Assembly: GCA_003598025.1 (NCBI GenBank)
Contig: QZKH01000002.1
Span: 74,133 to 138,132, forward strand
Source of the DNA: Candidatus Omnitrophota bacterium
GTDB taxonomy: Bacteria > Omnitrophota > Gorgyraeia > Gygaellales > Profunditerraquicolaceae
DNA length: 64,000 bases
Direction: 5' to 3'
In this document: one piece after another, positions 17,323 to 26,631 of the stretch
Layout of the letters: every line of letters starts with the position of its first letter
Position numbering within the stretch: the first letter of the stretch is position 1
Made by a program: the position numbers and the translations under genes
The notes under the pieces: generated by a model
What the model saw: the letters and a program-made list of their open reading frames with translations, nothing else
Databases searched by the model: none
What the model was told of the DNA's origin: nothing

Positions 17323-18695
17323 AATATATAAGTTTGTGGATAGCTTTGAGTTTCTGCCTTGGATTGGGCCTTGCTTTTAAGGTAAATCTTGGGCTTATCC
17401 AGTTTTATATTCCGGTTATTATATTATTTGGGTTTTGTTTCTGGTGTATAAATCACGATAGGATTTTTCTGTTAATCATTTTTTTCTTATTTATTTCACT
17501 AGGGGCCTTCGCTTTAGCGGCAGAGCATTTAAGGCCGGATGATGATGCAGCTAATTTTATCAGCCCAAGTTCCAGGGAAATAATTTTAGAGGGTGTTGTT
17601 GCCAGCCAGCCGACAGTATATCCGGGGAAGGTTTCATTTTTCTTTAACGTATACAGCATGAATGTTGATGGATACAGGTGCAAATGCAGCGGGAAATTCC
17701 TGGCGTATATGCAGCAAAAACCGGTTTCCTTTGGAGACAGGCTTTTAGTAGAGGCGCGCCTAATGGATAACCCGGATAGCCGCAAAAAAAGGTTATCAAA
17801 AATTTTTATCATTAAAAGCTGCCCGGCGCAGGAAAAAGCTGCCAGGGGTGTGTTTAATTTTATTTGGTTATCCAAGCTGAGAAGCAAGATAAGCCTGATT
17901 ATCAACTCCAGGCTTTCTCCGGTATCGTCGGCACTGGTAAATGCAATGCTGCTGGGGTTAAAAGATGATTTACCGCTGCAGCTTAAGAAAATGTTTATAA
18001 ACACCGGTACCGGGCACATAATTTCCATTTCAGGCCTGCATTTAAGTGTCATAGTGTTCGTCAGCCTGATATTCCTGAAGTTATTGAGATTGCCTTACGC
18101 ATTGAGGACTTCTTTTTCCGTTATACTATTGATATTTTATTGCCTTTTTGCTGGAGCAAGTAGCCCGCTTATGCGCTCGACAATTATGTTTACGGTTACA
18201 TTATTGGCTTATGTTTTAGAAAGGGAGCCGGATATCTTGAATTGCCTGTCACTGGCCGCTCTAGTAATCCTGGTGCTTTTCCCTTCAGAAATAGCTCAGC
18301 CAAGTTTTCAGTTCACTTTTATAAGTATGCTTGCCATGATAATACTGGTTCCGGCTATCAGATCATTGCCGATATTCGGGTATCTCTTAAAGAATAAATA
18401 CCTTAAATTCCCGGTTTTATTAATTATCTCTTCATTATCTGTTTGGGCAGGGTTGCTGCCGCTAAGCCTGTATTATTTCAAGACCTTTTCTTTAATCGCG
18501 GTTGTGGCAAATGCAATAATCGTACCTTACGCGTCCTTAATTGTTATAAACGGATTAATATTTATAATTTCTGCTCTGTTGTTTAAAGACTTATCATGGG
18601 TCTTCGGCCTTCCCTTGGAACTTATGGTTTTCATTTTGGTAAAAATGATAGCCTTCTTTGACCGTTTCCCGGCAGGCCATTTCCACTTTACTTAG
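17319..18695 (+). CDS. comEC: ComEC/Rec2 competence channel (no C-terminal metallo-beta-lactamase domain)
   Basis: 458 aa, polytopic. Contains TGTGHIISISGLHLSVI, the Competence-domain signature. 4-nt overlap with comEA. Confidence 0.8.
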   Translation: MKYISLWIALSFCLGLGLAFKVNLGLIQFYIPVIILFGFCFWCINHDRIFLLIIFFLFISLGAFALAAEHLRPDDDAANFISPSSREIILEGVVASQPTVYPGKVSFFFNVYSMNVDGYRCKCSGKFLAYMQQKPVSFGDRLLVEARLMDNPDSRKKRLSKIFIIKSCPAQEKAARGVFNFIWLSKLRSKISLIINSRLSPVSSALVNAMLLGLKDDLPLQLKKMFINTGTGHIISISGLHLSVIVFVSLIFLKLLRLPYALRTSFSVILLIFYCLFAGASSPLMRSTIMFTVTLLAYVLEREPDILNCLSLAALVILVLFPSEIAQPSFQFTFISMLAMIILVPAIRSLPIFGYLLKNKYLKFPVLLIISSLSVWAGLLPLSLYYFKTFSLIAVVANAIIVPYASLIVINGLIFIISALLFKDLSWVFGLPLELMVFILVKMIAFFDRFPAGHFHFT

Positions 18696-18703
18696 CCTGC
18701 TAT

Positions 18704-18731
18704 CCGTAACTATGAACTATGGACCATGAAC
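18704..18731. repeat. tandem heptamer array CCGTAAC TATGAAC TATGGAC CATGAAC
   Basis: Read directly. Starts 9 nt after the comEC stop and ends 25 nt upstream of a TTGACA hexamer (18756-18761). Confidence 0.85.
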
Positions 18732-18792
18732 AAACCTACTTTGCCTACTTAGCAATTGACAAACATTCTGCTCTATGTTACTTTAATTTAAT

Positions 18793-19743
18793 ATGAAAAA
18801 GGCTTTTTTCTTTATTATAACCATTTCTGTTCTTGCTGTTTTCTTACCGCAGGATGCAGGCGCTTATTGGATTTGGACCCCCAAAACCGGTAAATGGGTC
18901 AATCCAAAGAACCAGGTCAAGGGCACGCCGCAAGAGCAGTTCAAACTTGCTAAAGACCTATATGATTCAGGGCAGTTAGCCGAGGCAGACAGGGAGTTTA
19001 AAAAGCTTATAAAAAGATACCCTAAAGCTTTTGAGGCTTCAGAAAGCCAGTATTACCTGGGTTTAATAGAAGAAAAACAGGGGAATCTTTACGAAGCCTT
19101 CACCGCCTACCAAAAGGTCATTGATAAGTACCCTTTTTCTGAAAGGATACAGGAGATAATTGAGAAGGAATATAAGATAGGCGAAGAGTTTATGTCAGGG
19201 TACAAGCGTAAAGGGCTTGGTGCCACTTTTGCGGTTGAAAACCCGGCAATAGAGATTTTTACAAAAGTAGTTGAAAACTCTACATACGGGCCGTTGGCAG
19301 CCAAAGCGCAATATAAACTGGGTTTGGTGCTTAAAGGGCTTATGCGTTATTATGATGCCGAGGAAGCATTTGATAAAGTCATTAATAATTACCCTGACAG
19401 CGAATGGGTCGAGGCCGCCAAATTCCAGATTGCAGAATGCCGGGCAAGCCTTTCCCGCGGGCCGGACTATGATTTAGGGGCTGCCAAGGATGCCAAGGAC
19501 AGGTTTGAAGACTTTTTAATGGAGCATCCCGATGCGGAATTATCCAGGGAAGCTGAAAAGAATATCCAGGAGCTTAACGAAAAAGAGGCAGAAAGTAGTT
19601 ATAATATAGCTTTCTTTTATGAGAAGCAGAGGGACTTTAAGCCAGCCATGATTTATTATCAGGATATAATTGAAAAATACCCAAATAGTATTTGGGCGGC
19701 AAAGGCTTTAGAGAGAATGAGGGTATTGGAAAGGAAGAAATGA
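18793..19743 (+). CDS. TPR-repeat outer-membrane assembly factor, BamD/YfiO-like
   Basis: Signal peptide followed by repeated TPR-like helices (AEADREFKKLIKRYPKAFEASESQYYLG..., AKAQYKLGLV..., NYPDSEWVEAAKFQIAEC). Located next to lptE. Confidence 0.55.
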   Translation: MKKAFFFIITISVLAVFLPQDAGAYWIWTPKTGKWVNPKNQVKGTPQEQFKLAKDLYDSGQLAEADREFKKLIKRYPKAFEASESQYYLGLIEEKQGNLYEAFTAYQKVIDKYPFSERIQEIIEKEYKIGEEFMSGYKRKGLGATFAVENPAIEIFTKVVENSTYGPLAAKAQYKLGLVLKGLMRYYDAEEAFDKVINNYPDSEWVEAAKFQIAECRASLSRGPDYDLGAAKDAKDRFEDFLMEHPDAELSREAEKNIQELNEKEAESSYNIAFFYEKQRDFKPAMIYYQDIIEKYPNSIWAAKALERMRVLERKK

Positions 19744-20321
19744 TAGGTCGCAGAAGACACACTATAAATTATGGCTTATTCATTAAATTTGCAATTTTTT
19801 CAACCATGCTATTCATGACCTTGGCGCTTACCGGATGCGGGTATACAACCCGGTCCATGATTTCGAATAAATACCGTACTATATATATTGCGCCTTTTCT
19901 CAATAAAATAGACATAACCAGGGATACCGATACCGCCAATAAATATAAATTATACAGGCCAAAACTTGAGACAGACGTAACCAGAAAGGTCGTCGATAAG
20001 TATTTGTTTGACGGTAACTTGCGCCCGGTGAATTCCGAAACTGCCGATCTCATTCTAAAGGGTGAGGTGGTTGATTTTCGCAAGGACCCTTTGCGTTACA
20101 CAGAAAGCGATGAAGTCAAGGAATACAGGGTAAGCATAAGCGTAAATATCACCTTGTGGGACCAGAAAGAACAGAAGATGCTTTGGCAGGAAGGAAATTT
20201 TACCGGAGATAATACTTATTTTACCCAGGGCGCACTCAGCAAATCGGAAGCCACGGCTGTAAATGATGCCATTAATGATTTAGCCCGCAGGATAGTCGAG
20301 CGTACAGTTGAGCAATGGTAA
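19740..20321 (+). CDS. lptE: LPS-assembly lipoprotein LptE-like
   Basis: Lipobox LALTGC followed by GYTTRS. About 190 aa, positioned immediately before holA as in the E. coli leuS-lptE-holA order. ATG 19740 forms an ATGA overlap with the upstream stop. Confidence 0.55.
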   Translation: MIGRRRHTINYGLFIKFAIFSTMLFMTLALTGCGYTTRSMISNKYRTIYIAPFLNKIDITRDTDTANKYKLYRPKLETDVTRKVVDKYLFDGNLRPVNSETADLILKGEVVDFRKDPLRYTESDEVKEYRVSISVNITLWDQKEQKMLWQEGNFTGDNTYFTQGALSKSEATAVNDAINDLARRIVERTVEQW

Positions 20322-20983
20322 GAATTGATAACGGGATTTATGTTTTTATAGGAGAAGATCCTTTCTCAAAGGATGCGCAGCTAGGCAGGATAAAAAAAGA
20401 ATTCTTAAATAAGGAAACAGAACAGTTCAATACCGATACTTTCAGCGCCCGCGAAACCAAACTAGCCAATCTTCAAGAAAAATTATTATTCCTTCCCTTT
20501 AAATCCGATAAAAGGATCGTAGTTATAAGGCATGCCCAGCTTCTGGATAAAAGCATACAGGAGTTCATTATCTCTTATGCATCAAAGCCGCATACAAATA
20601 ACCTGCTTATCCTGGATATAGACCGGTTTGAAGCAAAAGACAAGTTTATCCGTCAGGTCATCACAGGAGCCAAAGTCTTCCGTTTCAGGCAGGAGGATCG
20701 GGTTGACACTTTCAATTTAGTAAGGCAGATAGACTCAAAGCATCCTGGATATGCCTTGCGAACGCTTGGGTTATTGCTGGATAAAGGAGAAAAGCCCGAG
20801 CGTATCCTGGGGGGGTTAAGGTACTCCTGGGAGAATTACCGGGGTCCGCTTAAAGATAGGCGAAGGAAGCTTAAATTGTTGCTTGATTGCGATATAGAAA
20901 TGAAAACGGGCAAATTGAAAGCTCAATTTGCCCTTGAAAAACTGGTTGTTAAGTTATGCGCTTTTGGAGATACGCTGCATTAA
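20315..20983 (+). CDS. holA: DNA polymerase III delta subunit (short form)
   Basis: N-terminus IYVFIGEDPFSKDAQLGRIKKEFL and RIVVIRHAQLL are typical of the HolA N-domain. Supported by synteny with lptE. Confidence 0.65.
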   Translation: MVRIDNGIYVFIGEDPFSKDAQLGRIKKEFLNKETEQFNTDTFSARETKLANLQEKLLFLPFKSDKRIVVIRHAQLLDKSIQEFIISYASKPHTNNLLILDIDRFEAKDKFIRQVITGAKVFRFRQEDRVDTFNLVRQIDSKHPGYALRTLGLLLDKGEKPERILGGLRYSWENYRGPLKDRRRKLKLLLDCDIEMKTGKLKAQFALEKLVVKLCAFGDTLH

Positions 20984-21217
20984 GCGTGATTTCTTGCGGC
21001 TAGCCATACTTTTATGGATTACATTCTTCTTGGCGGCCTTGTCAAGCTTAGAAAAAACCATGCTGAGAAGTTTCTTCGCTTCCTCAATGTTCTTTGCTGC
21101 TGCCAAAGAATTGAATTTTTTAAGGACTTTCTTTAATTCATTTTTTATCTTTAGGTTTCTCAGGCGCCTTTTGCTGTCTGCGCGTTTTCTTTTGATCGAT
21201 GTTCTGCGTCTAGGCAT
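20954..21217 (-). CDS. rpsT: 30S ribosomal protein S20
   Basis: 87 aa. Contains MPRRRTSIKRKRADSKRRLRN...KAAKKNVIHKSMASRKKSRL. Confidence 0.92.
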   Translation of the reverse strand: MPRRRTSIKRKRADSKRRLRNLKIKNELKKVLKKFNSLAAAKNIEEAKKLLSMVFSKLDKAAKKNVIHKSMASRKKSRLMQRISKSA

Positions 21218-21269
21218 ATCAAATTCTCCTTTTGAATGATTTTAGTAAATATAACATAATTGAATAGAG

Positions 21270-22865
21270 GTGTCAATATTTAACATGGGGACAGAAAATA
21301 CTCATGATTCAAACAGGCAGATAGCTAAATCAAGCGGGATAATCGGCCTTGCTACACTTTGTTCCCGCCTGCTTGGGTTTATCAGGGATATAGTAATAGC
21401 CAGGCTGTTCGGGGTGTATGTTTATGCCCAGGCTTTTGTAATAGCTTTCAGAATACCGAATCTTTTCAGGGATTTAGTGGCAGAAGGTGCTGCAAATTCT
21501 GCTTTTGTGCCTGTTTTTAGCGAATATAAGGTCAAGCATTCAAAAGAAGATTTTTGGGAGCTTGCGAATGTAGTTTTAAACCTGCTTTTAGTGGTATTAG
21601 CCGGAATAACAGTGTTAGGGATTACTTTCTCTCCGGCTATAGTACGTATTATAGCCCCCGGGTTTATAGCCGAACCGGACAAACTGGAAGCAACAATAAG
21701 GTTAAACAGGCTGATTTTCCCTTATATTTTGCTGGTAGGGTTATCTGCTTATTCGGCAGCTATTCTGAATTCACTCCGGCATTTTTCCGTGCCGGCTTTT
21801 TCGCCCTGCATTTTAAATATCTCCATAATAGTATTTGCTTTAATATTCGGCGAGAATATAAAAGGCCTAGCGCTTGGTGTTCTGATAGGAGGCCTGCTCC
21901 AATTAGCTATACAGATTCCCGTTTTATATAAGAAGGGGTTCCGTCTCAGGTTCCCGAAACATTTTAAGCACCCGGCTGCTTTTGAAATAGGCCATCTTAT
22001 GCTGCCCAGGCTGGGTAGCTCGGCAATATACCAGTTAAATACTTTTATTGATTCCGTATACGGCTCTTTATCTTCAATTGTCGGAGAGGGGGGAGTAGCC
22101 GGGTTATATTTCGGCTACAGGCTTATACAATTCCCTATAGGTATATTCAGTAATTCCCTTGCGCAGGTAATATTGCCTACTTTTTCCACGCAGGCATTGG
22201 AAGAAGGGCTCCTGAATTTAAAGAAAACACTCTCTTGGGGGCTGCGGACGGTATTTTTTATAATGATCCCGGCTTCTGCCGGGTTCATGGTTTTATCACA
22301 GCAAATAGTCTTTACGCTTTTCCAGGGCGGGAAATTTGATGCCTATGCAACAGGCTTAACGGCAAGCGCGCTATTTTATTATAGTATCGGCCTTTTTGCT
22401 TACGCAGGCATAAAAATAATCCAATGTTGTTATTTTGCCTTAAAAGATACCGTAACCCCGGCCAAAGTTTCTATTCTTACTTTAGCCTTAAATATAATAT
22501 TCAATACTATTTTTATGTTCCCTTTGAAATTAGCAGGTTTGGCTTTGGCTACCTCTTTATCCGGTATAATCAGCTTTCTGGTGCTGGGAATTATGTTGAG
22601 AAAGAAACTCGGAGGTTTCGGCCTTAAAGAAGTTGTTTTTTCTTTCACAAAGATTTTGCTGGCCAGCATTGCCATGAGCATGGCGCTGTTTTATTGTTCT
22701 AGATATTCATCTTTTGACGGGGCGATGCCGTTAAAATTGTTAAAGATATCGGGGATAGTGTTGATAGGAGCTGTTTTTTATTTGATTTTTTGTTTTTTAT
22801 TCCGCGTAAAAGAGGCGCGGGATTTTTTCAGATGGGTTTTTGAACTCAAAAACAGGCATGGTTAA
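21270..22865 (+). CDS. murJ: lipid II flippase MurJ/MviN
   Basis: 531 aa, about 14 TM. Contains RLLGFIRDIVIARLFG and FRIPNLFRDLVAEGA. Confidence 0.9.
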   Translation: MSIFNMGTENTHDSNRQIAKSSGIIGLATLCSRLLGFIRDIVIARLFGVYVYAQAFVIAFRIPNLFRDLVAEGAANSAFVPVFSEYKVKHSKEDFWELANVVLNLLLVVLAGITVLGITFSPAIVRIIAPGFIAEPDKLEATIRLNRLIFPYILLVGLSAYSAAILNSLRHFSVPAFSPCILNISIIVFALIFGENIKGLALGVLIGGLLQLAIQIPVLYKKGFRLRFPKHFKHPAAFEIGHLMLPRLGSSAIYQLNTFIDSVYGSLSSIVGEGGVAGLYFGYRLIQFPIGIFSNSLAQVILPTFSTQALEEGLLNLKKTLSWGLRTVFFIMIPASAGFMVLSQQIVFTLFQGGKFDAYATGLTASALFYYSIGLFAYAGIKIIQCCYFALKDTVTPAKVSILTLALNIIFNTIFMFPLKLAGLALATSLSGIISFLVLGIMLRKKLGGFGLKEVVFSFTKILLASIAMSMALFYCSRYSSFDGAMPLKLLKISGIVLIGAVFYLIFCFLFRVKEARDFFRWVFELKNRHG

Positions 22866-24108
22866 CAAAAAAGAGCTAAGAGAGAAGATAAATGTATTCC
22901 CGGATACACCCGGGGTATATATCTTTAAAGATAGCCTGGGAAACGTATTGTATGTGGGCAAAGCCAAAGCGCTTAAAAAGCGCGTATCTTCTTATTTGCG
23001 TAAGAATATATCCGGCAAAACCCAGGCAATGATGCTTAAAGTCTGTGATGCCGAATATATAGGAGTAAATACAGAAAGCCAGGCAGAGATCCTGGAAGCG
23101 TCTCTTATAAAGGATAAGCAGCCCCCTTATAATATCAGCCAGAAAGATGACAAAAGTTTTCCGCGTATAAAGATAACCAATGAGGATTTTCCGGTTATCT
23201 CTATTTGCCGGAAGAAAACCATAGATAAAAATGATAATGCCGTATATTTTGGGCCTTACACTGATGCCGCATTCCTCAAGCAGGCGCTTAAATTAATACG
23301 TAAAATATTCGGTTTCCGTTCCTGCAAGAATATGCCTCATAAAATGTGCTTGTATGGAAGGATAAAGTTGTGCCCTGCGCCTTGCCAGGGCCGGATACCC
23401 AAACAGCAGTACAATGAGTTGATAGAACAGATAAAATTGTTTTTGAATTCTAAATACCAGGATTTATCTAACAGGCTTAGGCTTAAGATGCAGGAGGCGG
23501 CGGATTCTCATAATTATGAGGAGGCTGCTCATGTCCGCGATCAAATAGGGGCTTTGGCGGCTATCTCTAACTCGGATATACAGGATTTTACTTTAGATAA
23601 TCTGGTTGAACTTAAGAGGGCGTTGGGCCTTAAGAAGACGCCTTACAGGATTGAAGCTTTTGATATCTCCAATATTTCCGGTAAAGAGGCATGCGGCTCG
23701 ATGGTAAGTTTTTATAAAGGATCGCCTGATAAAAACAATTACCGCAGGTTCCGTATAAAGACTATAGATGCAATCGATGATTATGCCATGATAAAAGAAG
23801 TGGTAAGAAGGCGTTATGGGAGGCTTCTTAATAATAGCTTGCCTTTACCGGATTTGATCATTATTGACGGAGGCAAGGGGCATCTTCAGGCTGTTTACGA
23901 AGAGCTGGGTAAGCTCGCTGCACCTATTCCTTTAGCCAGTATCGCTAAAGCCGAAGAGAATATTTATGTCATGGAGAGTAAAGGCCCTGTAAGGTTGTCT
24001 AAAGACTCTGCCGCATTGAATATAGTGCGCAGGATACGCGATGAAGCGCATCGTTTTGCCCTCGCTTATCACCATATCCTGAGAAGAAAAAAAATAATCG
24101 GTAAATGA
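22858..24108 (+). CDS. uvrC: excinuclease ABC subunit C lacking the C-terminal (HhH)2 domain
   Basis: GIY-YIG domain (PGVYIFKDSLGNVLYVGKAKALKKRV), UVR motif (YEEAAHVRDQIGAL) and C-terminal nuclease region (IEAFDISNISG, IIIDGGKGHL, IRDEAHRFA). It ends right after the nuclease region at about 417 aa. Confidence 0.85.
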   Translation: MVNKKELREKINVFPDTPGVYIFKDSLGNVLYVGKAKALKKRVSSYLRKNISGKTQAMMLKVCDAEYIGVNTESQAEILEASLIKDKQPPYNISQKDDKSFPRIKITNEDFPVISICRKKTIDKNDNAVYFGPYTDAAFLKQALKLIRKIFGFRSCKNMPHKMCLYGRIKLCPAPCQGRIPKQQYNELIEQIKLFLNSKYQDLSNRLRLKMQEAADSHNYEEAAHVRDQIGALAAISNSDIQDFTLDNLVELKRALGLKKTPYRIEAFDISNISGKEACGSMVSFYKGSPDKNNYRRFRIKTIDAIDDYAMIKEVVRRRYGRLLNNSLPLPDLIIIDGGKGHLQAVYEELGKLAAPIPLASIAKAEENIYVMESKGPVRLSKDSAALNIVRRIRDEAHRFALAYHHILRRKKIIGK

Positions 24109-24377
24109 TCAGCCCTTTTGCCAGAAAAGTTTATAAAGTAGTTTTGAGTATACCATTAGGCCAGGTGCGCACTTATAAATGGGTGGCCCGCGCCTCCGGC
24201 AGGCCTAAAGCATACAGGGCAGTAGGTTCAATCCTTAGAAAAAATCCCTATCCTTTAATAATACCATGCCATAGGGTAGTGAGTTCCGGCAAGGACATAG
24301 GCGGATATGCTTACGGCAAGAAGAATAAGGGGATACTGTTAAAACTGGAAAGACAAATAAGCAAATTAGTGCTATAA
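24105..24377 (+). CDS. MGMT-family DNA-binding domain protein with PCHR active-site motif
   Basis: 90 aa. Contains IPLGQVRTYKWVA...AYRAVGSILRKNPYPLIIPCHRVV. ATGA overlap with the uvrC stop. Confidence 0.8.
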   Translation: MISPFARKVYKVVLSIPLGQVRTYKWVARASGRPKAYRAVGSILRKNPYPLIIPCHRVVSSGKDIGGYAYGKKNKGILLKLERQISKLVL

Positions 24378-24416
24378 TAAACCACTATTAATATTGAATT
24401 TTTTGGGAGGTGTTAC

Positions 24417-25490
24417 ATGCTGATAAAAGATTTTATAAAAGAGATGGTCGATAAAAAAGCATCTGATTTATTTTTCCGTGCCGGAGGCGTGCCGCACCTG
24501 CGCATAGACGGCAAGGTCATGCCTGTAGGAGACAAGGTATTAAGCCTTGAACAGGTCTTAAAAGCAGTGGATGATATTACTACTCCGAAACAGCGGGAGG
24601 CTTTCAGGCAGAAATTAGATATCGATTTTGCCCTTTACAGCGATGAGATGTCCAGGCGTTTCCGCGTAAGTATTTTTTTGCAGAGGAATTGGCCTTCGAT
24701 TGTAATAAGGAATATTAACAATACGGTATCTAATTTTGAGGAGTTGTTCCTGCCTGCGGATATACTTAAGAAGCTTTGTTCGGAAAGCAGAGGGCTCGTG
24801 CTTTTGACCGGAAGTGCCGGAAGCGGTAAATCCACGACCATAGCAAGCATGATAGAGTATATAAACAGCAACACAAACAGGCATGTCCTTACCGTAGAAG
24901 AGCCGATAGAATATACATTTAAAGACAACCAGTCAATTGTAAACCAAAGAGAGCTTGGCCAGGATGTAAGCTCATATGCGGTAGCGCTGCGTTCTTTCAA
25001 TCTGCAGAGCCCAGATGTGATTTTTATCGGCAATATCATGGATGTCGAGACTATGGCAGCTGCCCTTAGGGCAGCAGAGACCGGGGTCCTGGTTTTAAGT
25101 ACCCTGCATACGGTAAATGCCGCGCAGACTGTGGAAAGAATAATCAATTTCTTTCCGCCGCATCAACACCAGCAGATAAGGATACAGCTTTCCTATTTGT
25201 TAAAAGGAGTTATTTCATTAAGGCTGCTCCCGCTTAATAACCAAGCCGGGCGAATACCGGCTTACGAAGTCATGCTTTTGACTCCGACGATAAGCAGGCT
25301 TATCAGGGAAGCCAAGACCTGGGAGATACCCCAGTTTATAGAAGAAGGCAATATTTTCGGGATGTCTTCTTTTAACCAAAATTTGGTCAGGTTGGTCAGA
25401 GAGGGCAAGATCACCGAAGAAAATGCCAAACGTTTCTCTGATAATGAAGAGGAGCTGGTGCTTTCTTTAAGGGGCATCAGGAAGACTTAA
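24417..25490 (+). CDS. pilT: type IV pilus retraction ATPase PilT
   Basis: 357 aa. Walker A GSAGSGKSTT, plus EEPIEY, GVLVLSTLHT and AYEVML. Confidence 0.9.
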   Translation: MLIKDFIKEMVDKKASDLFFRAGGVPHLRIDGKVMPVGDKVLSLEQVLKAVDDITTPKQREAFRQKLDIDFALYSDEMSRRFRVSIFLQRNWPSIVIRNINNTVSNFEELFLPADILKKLCSESRGLVLLTGSAGSGKSTTIASMIEYINSNTNRHVLTVEEPIEYTFKDNQSIVNQRELGQDVSSYAVALRSFNLQSPDVIFIGNIMDVETMAAALRAAETGVLVLSTLHTVNAAQTVERIINFFPPHQHQQIRIQLSYLLKGVISLRLLPLNNQAGRIPAYEVMLLTPTISRLIREAKTWEIPQFIEEGNIFGMSSFNQNLVRLVREGKITEENAKRFSDNEEELVLSLRGIRKT

Positions 25491-25518
25491 TGAAAGTCAA
25501 AAAGTATAAGGAGTAATA

Positions 25519-26629
25519 ATGTTAGACGAGTTAAAAGCAAGCCTGGCACAGATAGAAATAAAACTTCAGCAACTAAGAGGTTATCTTTGACATAGATAAT
25601 AAGAAGCAGGAAATAGATGCTTTATCTAACCAGATGTCTTCAGCAAGCTTTTGGGATGACAGCATACAATCGGCAAAGACAGTCAAGCAGTTAAAGTTTT
25701 TAAAAGGCATAGTAGAGCCCTGGCAGGCTTCTTATAATAAATTCATAGAGATCAGGGAAATGGCCGGGATAGTTAGCAGCCAGGATAGTTCTTTTTTAAG
25801 CGAATTATCCGGAGAGACTGTCAAGCTTTCTGCGGAATTGGAAAGATTGGAGTTTAAGACACTCCTGGGCGAAGAGTTTGATAAAAATAACGCCATCCTC
25901 AGCATCAATTCAGGGGCAGGCGGCACTGAGTCGTGCGATTGGGCTTCTATGCTTATGAGGATGTATATCCGTTTTGCTGAGAAGCAGGGATATAGCGCTA
26001 AAGTAATGGATGTCCTTCCCGGAGACGAAGCCGGTATAAAAAACGTAACTGTGCTAATGACCGGTGATTACGCTTACGGTTATCTTAAGGCTGAACGAGG
26101 GGTTCACAGGCTGGTGCGTATATCTCCATTCGATGCCAACAAGCGCAGGCATACCTCTTTTGCGTCAGTAGATGTAATTCCTGAGGTAGATGAAGAGATT
26201 GATTTAAAAGTCAGCGAAAGTGATTTACGCATAGATGTATACCGTTCAAAAGGAGCAGGCGGCCAAAGCGTAAATACGACAGATTCGGCGGTGCGTATCA
26301 CCCATGTGCCTACAGGCATAGTCGCCCAGTGCCAGAACGAAAGGTCCCAGCATCAGAACAAACAGATGGCCATGAAGATACTGAAAGCCAGGCTTTATGA
26401 ATACGAGAAATCAAAAAAAGAGCAGGAATTATCCAAGTATTATGATTCTGACAAAAAGAAAATAGAATGGGGAAGCCAAATACGTTCTTATGTCATGCAT
26501 CCTTATAATATGGTCAAGGACCATCGCACAGACTATGAGACAGGAGATGTCTCTAGTGTTATGGACGGAGAATTAGAAAAGTTCATAGAGGCATATTTAA
26601 GAAAAAAAAGAAGCAATGGCAATATATAA
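25519..26629 (+). CDS. prfB: peptide chain release factor 2, programmed +1 frameshift: join(25519..25587,25589..26629)
   Basis: ORF0 [23 protein letters not shown] ends at CTT TGA C (25585-25591), preceded by the SD-like AGAGGT. The +1 frame continues [12 protein letters not shown]... The protein carries the SPF and GGQ motifs. AAGGAG RBS before 25519. Confidence 0.93.
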
Positions 26630-26631
26630 AA

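Noticed and set aside
17453-18052. Long antisense ORFs inside well-supported genes: 17453..18052, 36553..37167, 55254..55865, 49520..50107, 24635..25147, 14049..14522 and 44006..44467.
   Set aside because: Each lies fully within a confidently identified gene on the opposite strand. Their translations are low-complexity with no recognisable motifs or RBS, so they are typical shadow ORFs.
20928-21239. 103-aa plus-strand ORF opposite rpsT.
   Set aside because: The minus-strand product is an unmistakable S20 sequence. The plus-strand ORF is its antisense shadow.
21554-21931. 125-aa alternative-frame ORF inside murJ, and a similar one at 22424..22627.
   Set aside because: They are same-strand overlaps within a complete MurJ reading frame, with no independent start signals or recognisable sequence.
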